From a virus (lineage: Duplodnaviria > Caudoviricetes), in IMG/VR virus record IMGVR_UViG_3300035498_000877, positions 192,001 through 256,000 of that record: a DNA stretch of 64,000 bases. One strand, 5' to 3'. A program made the position numbers and the translations under genes. This document shows positions 51,681-61,218 of the stretch, piece by piece; position 1 is the first letter of the stretch; each line of letters starts with the position of its first letter. Under the pieces are notes generated by a model. That model was not told the DNA's origin. It worked only from the letters and a program-made list of their open reading frames with translations, and did no database searches.

Positions 51681-54600
51681 TAAAATATTCATGGATGAAG
51701 ATACATACTATTTGAATGATGAAAAAATAAAAGTAATCAAGAAAGATGGTACTATACAAAACTTCAATCCCGAGAAAATAATTATTGCAGTAGATAAATC
51801 AGCAAGTAGAATGATGAAGAAATTAACTGCTGAGCAGAATAATAATCTAGTTCTAATGGTATTAAATGAGATTCAAGAAATGAATCAATCACAAATACAG
51901 ATTGCTGATATGCATAAAATAATGGAAAAAGTATTGGAGCAGTTTGATCCAGTGATTGCTAAATCATATAAAGACTATAGAAACTATAAAGTTGACTTTA
52001 TTAATATGATGGATGCAAGTTATCGTAAGAGTCAATCTATTAGATTCATTGGTGATAAGGATAATGCCAATACTGACTCAGCATTAGTAGCAACTAAACG
52101 TTGTTTGATATTCAATGATTTCAATAAACGATTATACAGAAAATTCTTTATGACAGTAGATGAACTCCAAGCATGTAATGATGGATACATTTATGTACAT
52201 GATCAATCTGCACGACTTGATACGATGAACTGTCTATCACGATCAACCAAATTTATTACGGATCAAGGAATTAAATCATTTTATGATTTTGATGATGGCG
52301 ATACAGTCTGCGTAATATCTCATAAAGGAATATGGAGAAATGCAACAGTACATTCATATGGAGAACAACAGGTCCATACTGTAGTATTTGAAAGATGTGA
52401 TGAAGGTTTAACTATACCAGTAGAAGTAACTCCAAATCATAGATGGATATTGCAAGATGGATCTGTAACTACAGATTTGAAAGTTGGAGATATAACATGG
52501 CCTACTCCAGAAAATCCATTTACTCCTAGTGAGGGTCATGGTTTAGGATGGAAAGTAATATGTATTACTTCTGAATCAACTAAGAATAAAGTATGGTGTC
52601 TTGATGTTGAAGAAGATCATAGTTTCTTATTAGAATATGGAATTCCAACTGGAAATTGCTGCCTCTTTGATGCAGAAAATGTGATGAAAAATGGATTTGA
52701 AATGGGTAATATATGGTATAATGAACCTAACTATCTTGATACTGCATTTGATGTATTGGGTGATATTATATTATCAGCAGCATCCCAACAGTATGGTGGA
52801 TTTACTGTACCTGAAGTAGATAAATTATTATCACCATATGCATCTAAATCATACTATAGATATTATGATGAGTATATAGAACAGATAAATGATTTAGTAG
52901 ATGATGATACTGTTGAAGTAAAAGTTCCATATGGAAGAATATACAATAAAGCTGATGTATATGCAATGAAGAAAGTAACAAGAGAATTTGAACAAGGATT
53001 CCAAGGAATAGAAATGAAACTAAATACTGTTGGTAGTAGTAGAGGTGATTATCCATTTATAACTATGACATTTGGATTAGCCACTGATAAGTTTGGTAAG
53101 TTAGCAAGTTCTACTTTCTTAAAGGTACATATGAATGGTCAAGGAAAACCAGGATTCAAGAAACCTGTTCTATTTCCTAAACTTGTATTCTTATATGATG
53201 AAAATTTACATGGAGAAGGAAAAGAGAATGAAGACATTTATGAGTTAGCAATTGAATGTTCTTCTAAAACAATGTATCCTGATTGGTTATCATTGACTGG
53301 AGAAGGATATGTTCCATCTATGTATAAGAAGTATGGAAGAGTTATATCGCCTATGGGTAAGTGCATATTAGCCCATGTAAAACATCTTCAAACCAATTGC
53401 TTGTTGGGTGTGGCTTAATAAAGCTGCTAACAGATAGGTCTTAGGGAGAAGAGATTTGATGATCTGAGATGAAGCTGTGCCAAGCCTCTATAAAGAGGAA
53501 AGGTCAATCGACTAAACGTGATGAGTGTAGCGTTGTAGGGTTGGAGATAAGCACCAACTCCAAAAGGAGATGCCCGTTGATGGATTTGGCAAATCTGGAG
53601 GGAAGAGATAGTCAGTATATATGGTGACATATAATAATACGTGTAGAGCATTTCTATCACCTTGGTATGAGAGAGGTGGAATGAAACCTGCTGACGATGA
53701 CGATAAACCAGTATTTGTTGGTAGGTTTAATATTGGAGCAGTATCATTACATTTACCAATGATATTAGCAAAATCAAGAAAAGAGAATAAAGACTTCTAT
53801 GAGGTACTAGATTATTATCTAGAGATGATTAGAGGAATACATAAACGTACATATGATTATTTGGGAGAGATGAAAGCTAGTACAAATCCTCTAGGATACT
53901 GTGAAGGTGGTTTCTATGGTGGACATCTAAATCCTCATGATAAGATTAAACCAATATTGAAACCAATGACTGCATCATTTGGTATTACAGCATTAAATGA
54001 ATTACAGCAGCTATACAATGGAAAATCAATTACAGAAGATGGAGAATTTGCATTAGAAGTAATGAATTACATAAATTACAAAGTTAATAAGTTTAAAGAG
54101 GAAGATGGATATCTATATGCATTATATGGAACACCAGCTGAATCATTATGTTTTACTGGTGATACATTAGTAAATACTGAAAATGGAACTACTAAGATAT
54201 CTGAACTTAAAGAGGGAGATAAAGTATATTCATATAATAATGAAACTAAAGAGATAGAATTAAAACCTGTTGGAGCAGCTAGAGAAACTAGAAAGGAAGC
54301 AGTTGTAATTAATTTAACTTTCCAGAATGGAACTATAGTTGAATGTACGCCTGATCATCCTTTTGGAGCTATAAATGCATATGGTGAACTTAAATGGGTT
54401 AAAGCAGAAGACTTAAGAAGATTCCACAAAGTAAAAACCATTAATGGATTCACAAAGATACATGATATACAAAGAGTATTAAAATTGCAGACTGTATACA
54501 ATATAGAAGTAGAAGATAATAATAACTACTTTGTCGGTGGTGATGATGCAATATTAGTACATAATTGTGGACTACAAATAAAACAATTCAGACAGTTATA

Positions 54601-55462
54601 TGGTATAGTAGAAAATGTTTCTGATAGACCATATGTATCTAATTCATTCCATTGTCATGTATCAGAAGATATAGATCCAATAGAGAAACAAGATCTTGAG
54701 GGAAGATTCTGGAATCTATTTAATGGTGGTAAAATACAATATGTCAGATACCCTATAAGCTATAATAAAGATGCTATAAAGACATTAGTTAATAGGGCTA
54801 TGAAGAAAGGATATTATGAAGGAGTAAATCTTGCATTGGGATATTGCGATGATTGTGGGCATCAAGAACTTGAAATGGATGTATGCCCTAAGTGCGGAAG
54901 TAAGAACCTTACTCTTATATCAAGAATGAATGGTGAAGGAAATTATGTTATGACATATTGCCATTCTAAAATTAATTGAATTGCTGGGAGTTCCTTAGAG
55001 CCTAAATAACCGCAGCTAGTAGTGATACATAGTGTAGCAGATAGTATAACGACTATCGGATGGTAAAATCATTTAGGATTGGATAATCATAAGCAGCGAA
55101 GATACTGAATACAGTATAACGTTCAACGACTATCGACCAGCTATAGTGTTCGAGAAATACGGCACCAATATAGTCAGTAGAGTACACCCTAAGCTAATGA
55201 GGGATCTAGAAGTGGAATGTCTAGATGGTGAACTGGAAGTGGTTAACTAAGAAGATATAGTCTCAACTGTGTAATTTTTATATTACACACCTCATGTTTG
55301 AGATAACATGTTGTCCTATGAGAGTAGGAGCTGCATTAAGTTGCGATATACATTTTGCGAATGTATATGAAGAAATTGTATTTGTCATATTCAAGAGTTC
55401 ATGGAGATACTAGATTGAATGATGCTAAGATGGCTGAGATAGCTGATAGAAAAAGCATGTAA
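51661..55462 (+). CDS. nrdD: class III ribonucleotide reductase; exons 51661-53358, 53642-54934, 55379-55462; 1024-aa precursor, 743 aa after two inteins
   Basis: ATP cone; MN|CC, SPMG|CRAFL, PAESL|CG, CxxC..CPKC, RMNG|YLSYSRVHGDTRLNDAKMAEIADRKSM all restored in frame. Confidence 0.92.
52231..52656 (+). mobile_element. mini-intein 1 in NrdD (142 aa)
   Basis: starts CLSRST, block B TPNHRW, block F VWCLDVEEDHSF, ends TGN followed by Cys; no endonuclease domain. Confidence 0.9.
53359..53641 (+). mobile_element. group I intron 1 in nrdD (283 nt, no ORF)
   Basis: P1 AUGGGU/GCCCAU with U-G; P3 CAUCUUC/GGAGAUG; UCGACUA and AAGAGAUAGUC; terminal G. Confidence 0.9.
54149..54565 (+). mobile_element. 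mini-intein 2 in NrdD (139 aa)
   Basis: starts CFTGDTLV, block B CTPDHPF, VYNIEV..NNNYFV, ends VHN followed by Cys. Confidence 0.92.
54935..55378 (+). mobile_element. group I intron 2 in nrdD (444 nt, no ORF)
   Basis: P1 GAAUGGU/GCCAUUC with U-G; P10 UAUGACA/UGUCAUA; core nearly identical to the gyrB intron; terminal G. Confidence 0.92.
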
Positions 55463-55473
55463 TTTTATTTTTG

Positions 55474-55510
55474 ATAGAGGGGGAGCTTAGTACTCCCCTC
55501 TATTTTATTT
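55474..55510 (+). terminator. intrinsic terminator after nrdD exon 3
   Basis: ATAGAGGGG...CCCCTCTAT stem plus T-run. Confidence 0.75.
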
Positions 55511-55560
55511 TTTAATTATATATTATAAATATAATAAAGAATATTAGGAGGTACTATTAT

Positions 55561-56016
55561 ATGCATAAAAATCTAGAAGTTGAGAATAAAGCTATATATG
55601 GGGAATATTGTGATAAGATGTATGGTCAGAAATATTGCATATGCTTGATTAGAGAATTTCGGAAAATAAGAAGAAGGAAGTGCAAAGAAGTTCATGAATT
55701 ACATGAGATATTAGAATATCAGAAAATATATCCTATAACAGAATCTAAATATGAATTAATACGTAAACAAGGATTAGATTACTATTTTAATTCATTCAGT
55801 AATTATCATAATCATGGTGTTCATAATATTTTTGAGAATAAAGAAGAAGATATGATGCATCCATTATTAAATCTCAATATGGATTATGCTAAGAAAAAAC
55901 TACATACCTTAGAGGTAGAATTGTGTTATATAAATGCAAATATTAAATCAATAAGTAAAATTCTAAGAGGTAAAAAAGAATTTACTAATAAAAAATTAAA
56001 GGAGGAAACAAAATGA
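55561..56016 (+). CDS. hypothetical early protein
   Basis: promoter motif 55518-55526; AGGAGG RBS. Confidence 0.7.
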   Translation: MHKNLEVENKAIYGEYCDKMYGQKYCICLIREFRKIRRRKCKEVHELHEILEYQKIYPITESKYELIRKQGLDYYFNSFSNYHNHGVHNIFENKEEDMMHPLLNLNMDYAKKKLHTLEVELCYINANIKSISKILRGKKEFTNKKLKEETK

Positions 56017-56972
56017 TTTTGCATGATAAAATCAAACTAAAAAATCAAAAGAGATTCACTGAACAATTCAAAAATCCAGTTCAACGTATTATTGATCGAT
56101 GTGATGAAATTGATGAAATAATTAGAGGAGTTGATAACTCACTAATGAATGATGATCCAGATAATGTGGATTATTATAAAACATCTATACAGGTACAAAA
56201 TGCATTAGCAGTATATGATAAGGCCTTGGTATCAGTAATATATGATGCTGGATATCTGGCTAATAATATTAAGATATTACAAAAAAGATTCTTAAAACTT
56301 CATATATCTAAAGAAAAGAGTGGAGAGATAATTGGACCTATGGTTGATTTCCATAATCAATTATTGGAATGCAGATCTATAATATCTTCATATATAGTGA
56401 ATGCTAAAAATCTATATTCACATGCATTATCTGCAATGCCACTGCAAACCTATAAAGATTTAGTACATTATAATGATGATGAACATGATGAGTTTGATGA
56501 AGATCAGGATTGCAATGATGAACAACTGGCAGAAATGAAAGTACAACAGTTTGGGACTAAGAATAAGAATGGTTGTGTATATAATGGAGAAACATTAGTT
56601 GGTGAAGCTACAATAGATCCAACTCCAAATAATACACATACAGTTCGTCTCAGAACAGATTTTGGAACTATTGAAAGTTATTGTAAAAATATAATAGATC
56701 CAATAAATGAATTGGTACATGCAATGACAGATGGTAATACTTCTCACAATAAACAAAATGACATCTTTAAAGAATCTATAGATGATGAAGATGAAGATGA
56801 GGATGATGAATATGATAAATTTATGTTAAAATATATTGATAAATCTGTGGCTGAATGTAGGAATATGGATAGATATAATAAAGATAATGTTCATGATGAT
56901 AGTAGGTATTTTAGTAAATCTGCATATGAAGCATATCTTGAGAGTCGTTCATTAGAAGACGAGGAGGAATAA
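56013..56972 (+). CDS. hypothetical protein
   Basis: AGGAGG RBS, ATGA overlap. Confidence 0.7.
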   Translation: MILHDKIKLKNQKRFTEQFKNPVQRIIDRCDEIDEIIRGVDNSLMNDDPDNVDYYKTSIQVQNALAVYDKALVSVIYDAGYLANNIKILQKRFLKLHISKEKSGEIIGPMVDFHNQLLECRSIISSYIVNAKNLYSHALSAMPLQTYKDLVHYNDDEHDEFDEDQDCNDEQLAEMKVQQFGTKNKNGCVYNGETLVGEATIDPTPNNTHTVRLRTDFGTIESYCKNIIDPINELVHAMTDGNTSHNKQNDIFKESIDDEDEDEDDEYDKFMLKYIDKSVAECRNMDRYNKDNVHDDSRYFSKSAYEAYLESRSLEDEEE

Positions 56973-56994
56973 TATTCAATAAAGGAGGTAATAT

Positions 56995-57588
56995 ATGTTC
57001 AATCCGTTAATACCAGAATTACTTAATAATACACCACCAAATTATGGTCCTAATAGCAAGATTCAAATAATTGAAAAAATTGCAAGTGGTGATACGAAAG
57101 TATGGGATAACTTAAATTATCCCACTTTATCAGATATTGAAAAATTATATCCTGATTTATATAAACATATAATATCGGGGCCAGTACCAAATAATATATT
57201 TATAATAGAATCAATTTTATATGAACATGAATTTGGTATAAAAATTCGTATGAAGAATAATAGTGGAATTAATCATTACCAGTGTGAATTTCTTCAACAA
57301 ATGTATAGTGGAAATGATAGATTTCCAGATGGCCTATTAACTATGATTGATACTGAACTAAATAAAATATATGAAGCTAGCCCAACAGCTGCTGATTCAG
57401 TATACCAAAAAATTCGCAATAAATTTCGAATAACAATATTATCTATGCTAGCTCATAATACTACCTTTACTAAAACTGAGGTCAATTTCTATATTATATT
57501 AGATTATTTGAAAACATTAATTCCTCCAGACTATAATGCAATTCCTCCATTTTCTACCAGTATTAAGGAATATTATATGGATGAATAA
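56995..57588 (+). CDS. YPT/NHYQC family paralogue 2
   Basis: LNYPT..DI..LYPDLYKH, NHYQCEF, DGLL, HNTTF. Confidence 0.75.
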   Translation: MFNPLIPELLNNTPPNYGPNSKIQIIEKIASGDTKVWDNLNYPTLSDIEKLYPDLYKHIISGPVPNNIFIIESILYEHEFGIKIRMKNNSGINHYQCEFLQQMYSGNDRFPDGLLTMIDTELNKIYEASPTAADSVYQKIRNKFRITILSMLAHNTTFTKTEVNFYIILDYLKTLIPPDYNAIPPFSTSIKEYYMDE

Positions 57589-57709
57589 GACACATGAAAT
57601 TGAAGATGGATGATTCATCCATCTTCTTTTATCGTATTTATTTTACTATGTATTATATATTCTATATATATGTAGCTAATAAATAATAAATTATCTAAGG
57701 AGGTAAAAC

Positions 57710-58216
57710 ATGAATAACTATAATAATATGCCAAATACAAATGAGGAGATCATAAATGCAATCAATAATAAATTTGATGATATTTATAATAATCTTTCGT
57801 ATCCCACGGTTTCTGAAATAACATTACGTTATCCAGCTTTATACAAACATATCAAAATTGAAAATGAATTGAGATGGGATATTATATGGCCTGCATTTAT
57901 TTATTGTAATGAAGTTAGATGTTGGAATCATTATCAATGTGAATTCCTAAATGATAATATTGCAGGTGATGCTACTGATGATAATCATAATGGTATAATC
58001 ACAAAGATTGAACAGGCAATATCAGAAGCATGTTGGGCTTCTGATGAGTTCAACAAAGATAAAGAGGCTAATGATAAGCTAACAGGATATCTAACTCAGG
58101 CAAAATCAATATTAGCTTCAATGAGAGAACATGAGATATCATTCAAAGAGACAGAAAATAGATTAAATAAGTTTCTTGAAGATTTTAATAACCGTAAAAA
58201 GGAAAGAGAGGAATAA
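57710..58216 (+). CDS. YPT/NHYQC family paralogue 3
   Basis: LSYPT..EI..RYPALYKH, NHYQCEF, NGII, HEISF; promoter motif 57655-57663. Confidence 0.75.
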   Translation: MNNYNNMPNTNEEIINAINNKFDDIYNNLSYPTVSEITLRYPALYKHIKIENELRWDIIWPAFIYCNEVRCWNHYQCEFLNDNIAGDATDDNHNGIITKIEQAISEACWASDEFNKDKEANDKLTGYLTQAKSILASMREHEISFKETENRLNKFLEDFNNRKKEREE

Positions 58217-58231
58217 ATCCTCCCTTTCTTT

Positions 58232-59578
58232 TTATACATTTTTAACCCAAGTTACATATTTTTCATTTATTGAGATCCATCCAGCACCACTCTTAAGCTT
58301 TCCAAATCCATTCTTTTCTTCAGTAATTGTATATTGAACATTCTTGGTTACCGATCCATTTGCAGTATATGATGTTCCAGCACCAGTTCTAATACGTAAT
58401 CCATCAACTATTACCTTTACTATATATGGAACTCTCTTTGTATTAGTTGTATCTGCTGTAGCTTTTGTATCAGTATGATGTCTATTATAGATTTCAGTTC
58501 CATATCCAGCTCTTCTAGTTTTTACTGTATCACTTTGATCAGCTGGTTTCTCAAATTGAGTAAGTACAGCATCAGAAGCAACTTTAATAGAAGTAGCTGT
58601 CTTTAATGTTTCCATAAGAACTTTATAACCTTGAAGTTCTAACCATAGATAATCACACTGCATATCAAAGTCACCAATTGACTTATTGGCAGAATTTGCA
58701 TATGATAACAATTTCTGTTTTCTAGTATAATATGTCCATTGAGCTAATCCATATCCAGCTGAATCTTTCACAAAGTTTGTGTATGTTCCGTTGTCTACTG
58801 CATTAGTATATTCGTCATCTGTATAACCCAATTTCTTTTCATATGAATTCTGGAGGTTATTAGATTTAATACCAGACTCAGCATAAATATTACCCATTAA
58901 TCCAGCAGTTGCATATTCATTTAATCCTTTACCAATAAGGAAATTCCACATTTTTAATTCATTATTAGCATCATCTGATACAGTATTCTCTGCAGATACA
59001 GTATCATCATTATTAACAGGATTAGTTGCTTTAACTGTCGTAGCAGTTGGGGTTGCTAAGAATGCATTTACTGTTTCAGCAATTGTTCCCATATTATCAT
59101 AGAAGAAACCACCAGGGCAAGCTTTATTTTTAAACCATCTATGTGCAGTCATATTCTGTTTATCCACTTGGCCGATTAATGATTTATCGCCTTGCCATAA
59201 TAATTTAGGAATACCATTTCTCTTACATATATCTACAATCAAGTTGATTAATGAAGTATATGCTTCACTTGATGGCATATAATCAGGTGAACTTGTTATA
59301 GATGCTACTTCAATAGTTACAGCCCTATTATCATTTGATCTACTAGAAGAACACCAAGATCTATTTGCTTCATCTACATATAGTGCAATACGACCATCAG
59401 ATCCTATTCCATAGTTAGAAGATGCTCCTCTATTTGGATCTATAAAGATATTACCTAATGTTTCTACTGTACAGTTACCTGCCATAGTATGTATAGTAAT
59501 TGTATCTATTGTATGATTTCTAGGCTTATCACAATTTGGACTTAATTTTGTATAACTAATCAAACTACTATTACTCAT
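58232..59578 (-). CDS. endolysin: Amidase_2, phage-tail-lysozyme and SH3-like cell-wall-binding domains
   Basis: ITIHTMAG, ASSNYGIG, TIEVA, HRWF..KACPG; AGLMGNIYAES..GYGLAQWT; C-terminal GKLKSGAGWI; AAGGAG RBS favours ATG 59578. Confidence 0.88.
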   Translation of the reverse strand: MSNSSLISYTKLSPNCDKPRNHTIDTITIHTMAGNCTVETLGNIFIDPNRGASSNYGIGSDGRIALYVDEANRSWCSSSRSNDNRAVTIEVASITSSPDYMPSSEAYTSLINLIVDICKRNGIPKLLWQGDKSLIGQVDKQNMTAHRWFKNKACPGGFFYDNMGTIAETVNAFLATPTATTVKATNPVNNDDTVSAENTVSDDANNELKMWNFLIGKGLNEYATAGLMGNIYAESGIKSNNLQNSYEKKLGYTDDEYTNAVDNGTYTNFVKDSAGYGLAQWTYYTRKQKLLSYANSANKSIGDFDMQCDYLWLELQGYKVLMETLKTATSIKVASDAVLTQFEKPADQSDTVKTRRAGYGTEIYNRHHTDTKATADTTNTKRVPYIVKVIVDGLRIRTGAGTSYTANGSVTKNVQYTITEEKNGFGKLKSGAGWISINEKYVTWVKNV

Positions 59579-59684
59579 CTTTTTCGTCATCTCCTTTGTT
59601 ATTACTAATCTCATTTATAAAGTTCTCATCATATTCTTCAGTCTTTCCAGCATCAATATTTTCAATATCTGTCATGTTGATCAT
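59571..59684 (-). CDS. tiny acidic ORF, 37 aa, overlapping endolysin start (not in ORF track)
   Basis: AAAGGAGGTG RBS; MINMTDIENIDAGKTEEYDENFINEISNNKGDDEKDE. Confidence 0.55.
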   Translation of the reverse strand: MINMTDIENIDAGKTEEYDENFINEISNNKGDDEKDE

Positions 59685-59796
59685 CACGATCACCTCCTTT
59701 TAAATAAACGTACCTATTAAATAGAATATCAACCGACTTACTAATAACTTATCTATTGAGAAAATATTTAAAAATAATATGTAAAGGAGTGTAATT

Positions 59797-61098
59797 ATGT
59801 TAAACAGTATAAAAGAAATGATCAAGCAAAAACAAAGTCTTATGGAAGCATCTTCTTTGATATTTGATGATGCAAATGGACTTAATATTGAAGATCTTAT
59901 TGTATTAGGTGAAGAGACTACAGAAGAGCCTGTTACAGAAGAAGAGATGGAAGATGATAATGACAAAGAAAAAGATAAACCTGAAGAGAAGGAACCAGAA
60001 GCAGAGCCAGAGTCAGAACCAGAAACAAATATGATGGATGAGCCAGTAGAAGATGATTTACCTGCTCCTGAACCTGATGAAGTACCAGCTGGTGATAATA
60101 TGCTTGATGAGCCAATCGATGGACCTGTTGATGGAACAGGAGAAGTATCACCCGAAGGAGATCCATCTATAGATCCAATTGATGATATACTTAGTGTATC
60201 AATAGATCTTAGAACTAATACATTGAATGATACATTACCAATACCTCCAGCAAATGCAGCTGATGCATTGCCATCTGAAGATGATGATTCATTATTATCT
60301 CAAAAAGTTGATAGTGGATTTGGTGGAGAAGATGATGATACATCTACATTAGTTCCTGAGCAGGAAGGAGAACTCGATACTACTGAATCAGAATCTGAAG
60401 AAGAATTAAGTATTGAATCAAAAATAGCTAAATTGAATAATACTACAAGATTGCTTCAAGAGTTTAGAGGATTTAGGGATGTTGGAAATCCAGAAAGACA
60501 TATTGAAGATATGGATAGAAGACCCGATGGTAGATTTGCTAATTCTCCATTAGGACAAGCAGCTATAAGTAAAGATGCTATGGATAAATATCACAGATTA
60601 ATGGGTGATCTACCTGATGAAATCGTCGATAATGATGGAACAGATTCATTGCCTGATGAAATAACAGATAAATCTGAATATGATAAGCCTTTGACTGCAG
60701 TGCAGCGATTAAGAAATCGATATGGAAAAGAATGTGATGATATATTAGGTGAGGAATGTGGTGAATCTGATAGTGTAATTGAATCTATTGAAAATATATT
60801 CAATGACGATATCTTCACCGAAGAGATTTCATTAGGTGATGGAGATAATAGTCAGAATCAAGATACTCCTCCAGATGCAAACAACAATGGAGAAAATTCT
60901 GTTACAGCTGCTGTACGTGATAAGGTGAGTGAATCTCAACCTGATGAAAGTACCGGAGATGATGATCTATCAGATGGATTAGAAGACGATCTCAGTGGTG
61001 CTGATGAAACTGTTAATAAGAGTGATATATTCAGTAAATTGAGTAATCTCACAAAGAACCTTGAAGATATCAAGAAAGATATAATTTCAAATAAATAA
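59797..61098 (+). CDS. very acidic Pro-rich protein (possible scaffold or inner-head protein)
   Basis: 433 aa D/E/P-rich; LME-A and FTE-E motifs. Confidence 0.55.
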   Translation: MLNSIKEMIKQKQSLMEASSLIFDDANGLNIEDLIVLGEETTEEPVTEEEMEDDNDKEKDKPEEKEPEAEPESEPETNMMDEPVEDDLPAPEPDEVPAGDNMLDEPIDGPVDGTGEVSPEGDPSIDPIDDILSVSIDLRTNTLNDTLPIPPANAADALPSEDDDSLLSQKVDSGFGGEDDDTSTLVPEQEGELDTTESESEEELSIESKIAKLNNTTRLLQEFRGFRDVGNPERHIEDMDRRPDGRFANSPLGQAAISKDAMDKYHRLMGDLPDEIVDNDGTDSLPDEITDKSEYDKPLTAVQRLRNRYGKECDDILGEECGESDSVIESIENIFNDDIFTEEISLGDGDNSQNQDTPPDANNNGENSVTAAVRDKVSESQPDESTGDDDLSDGLEDDLSGADETVNKSDIFSKLSNLTKNLEDIKKDIISNK

Positions 61099-61103
61099 CA
61101 TGT

Positions 61104-61171
61104 AAAGAAGAAGGAGAATTATCTCCTTCTTCTTTTTTATCGTATATTTTATGTATTAATTTATATATTCT
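61104..61171 (+). promoter_or_regulatory. terminator, TTTTATCGTAT element and early promoter cassette
   Basis: AAAGAAGAAGGAGA/TCTCCTTCTTCTTT stem, TTTTATCGTAT 61135-61145, ATATATTCT 61163-61171. Confidence 0.6.
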
Positions 61172-61218
61172 ATATATAGTAAGATAGAAACAATAACTTT
61201 CAAAAGGAGGAAAATAAA

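Noticed and set aside
20816-55378. Homing endonuclease inside introns or inteins
   Set aside because: Introns are 283-444 nt without a suitable ORF; inteins are about 140 aa with splicing blocks only
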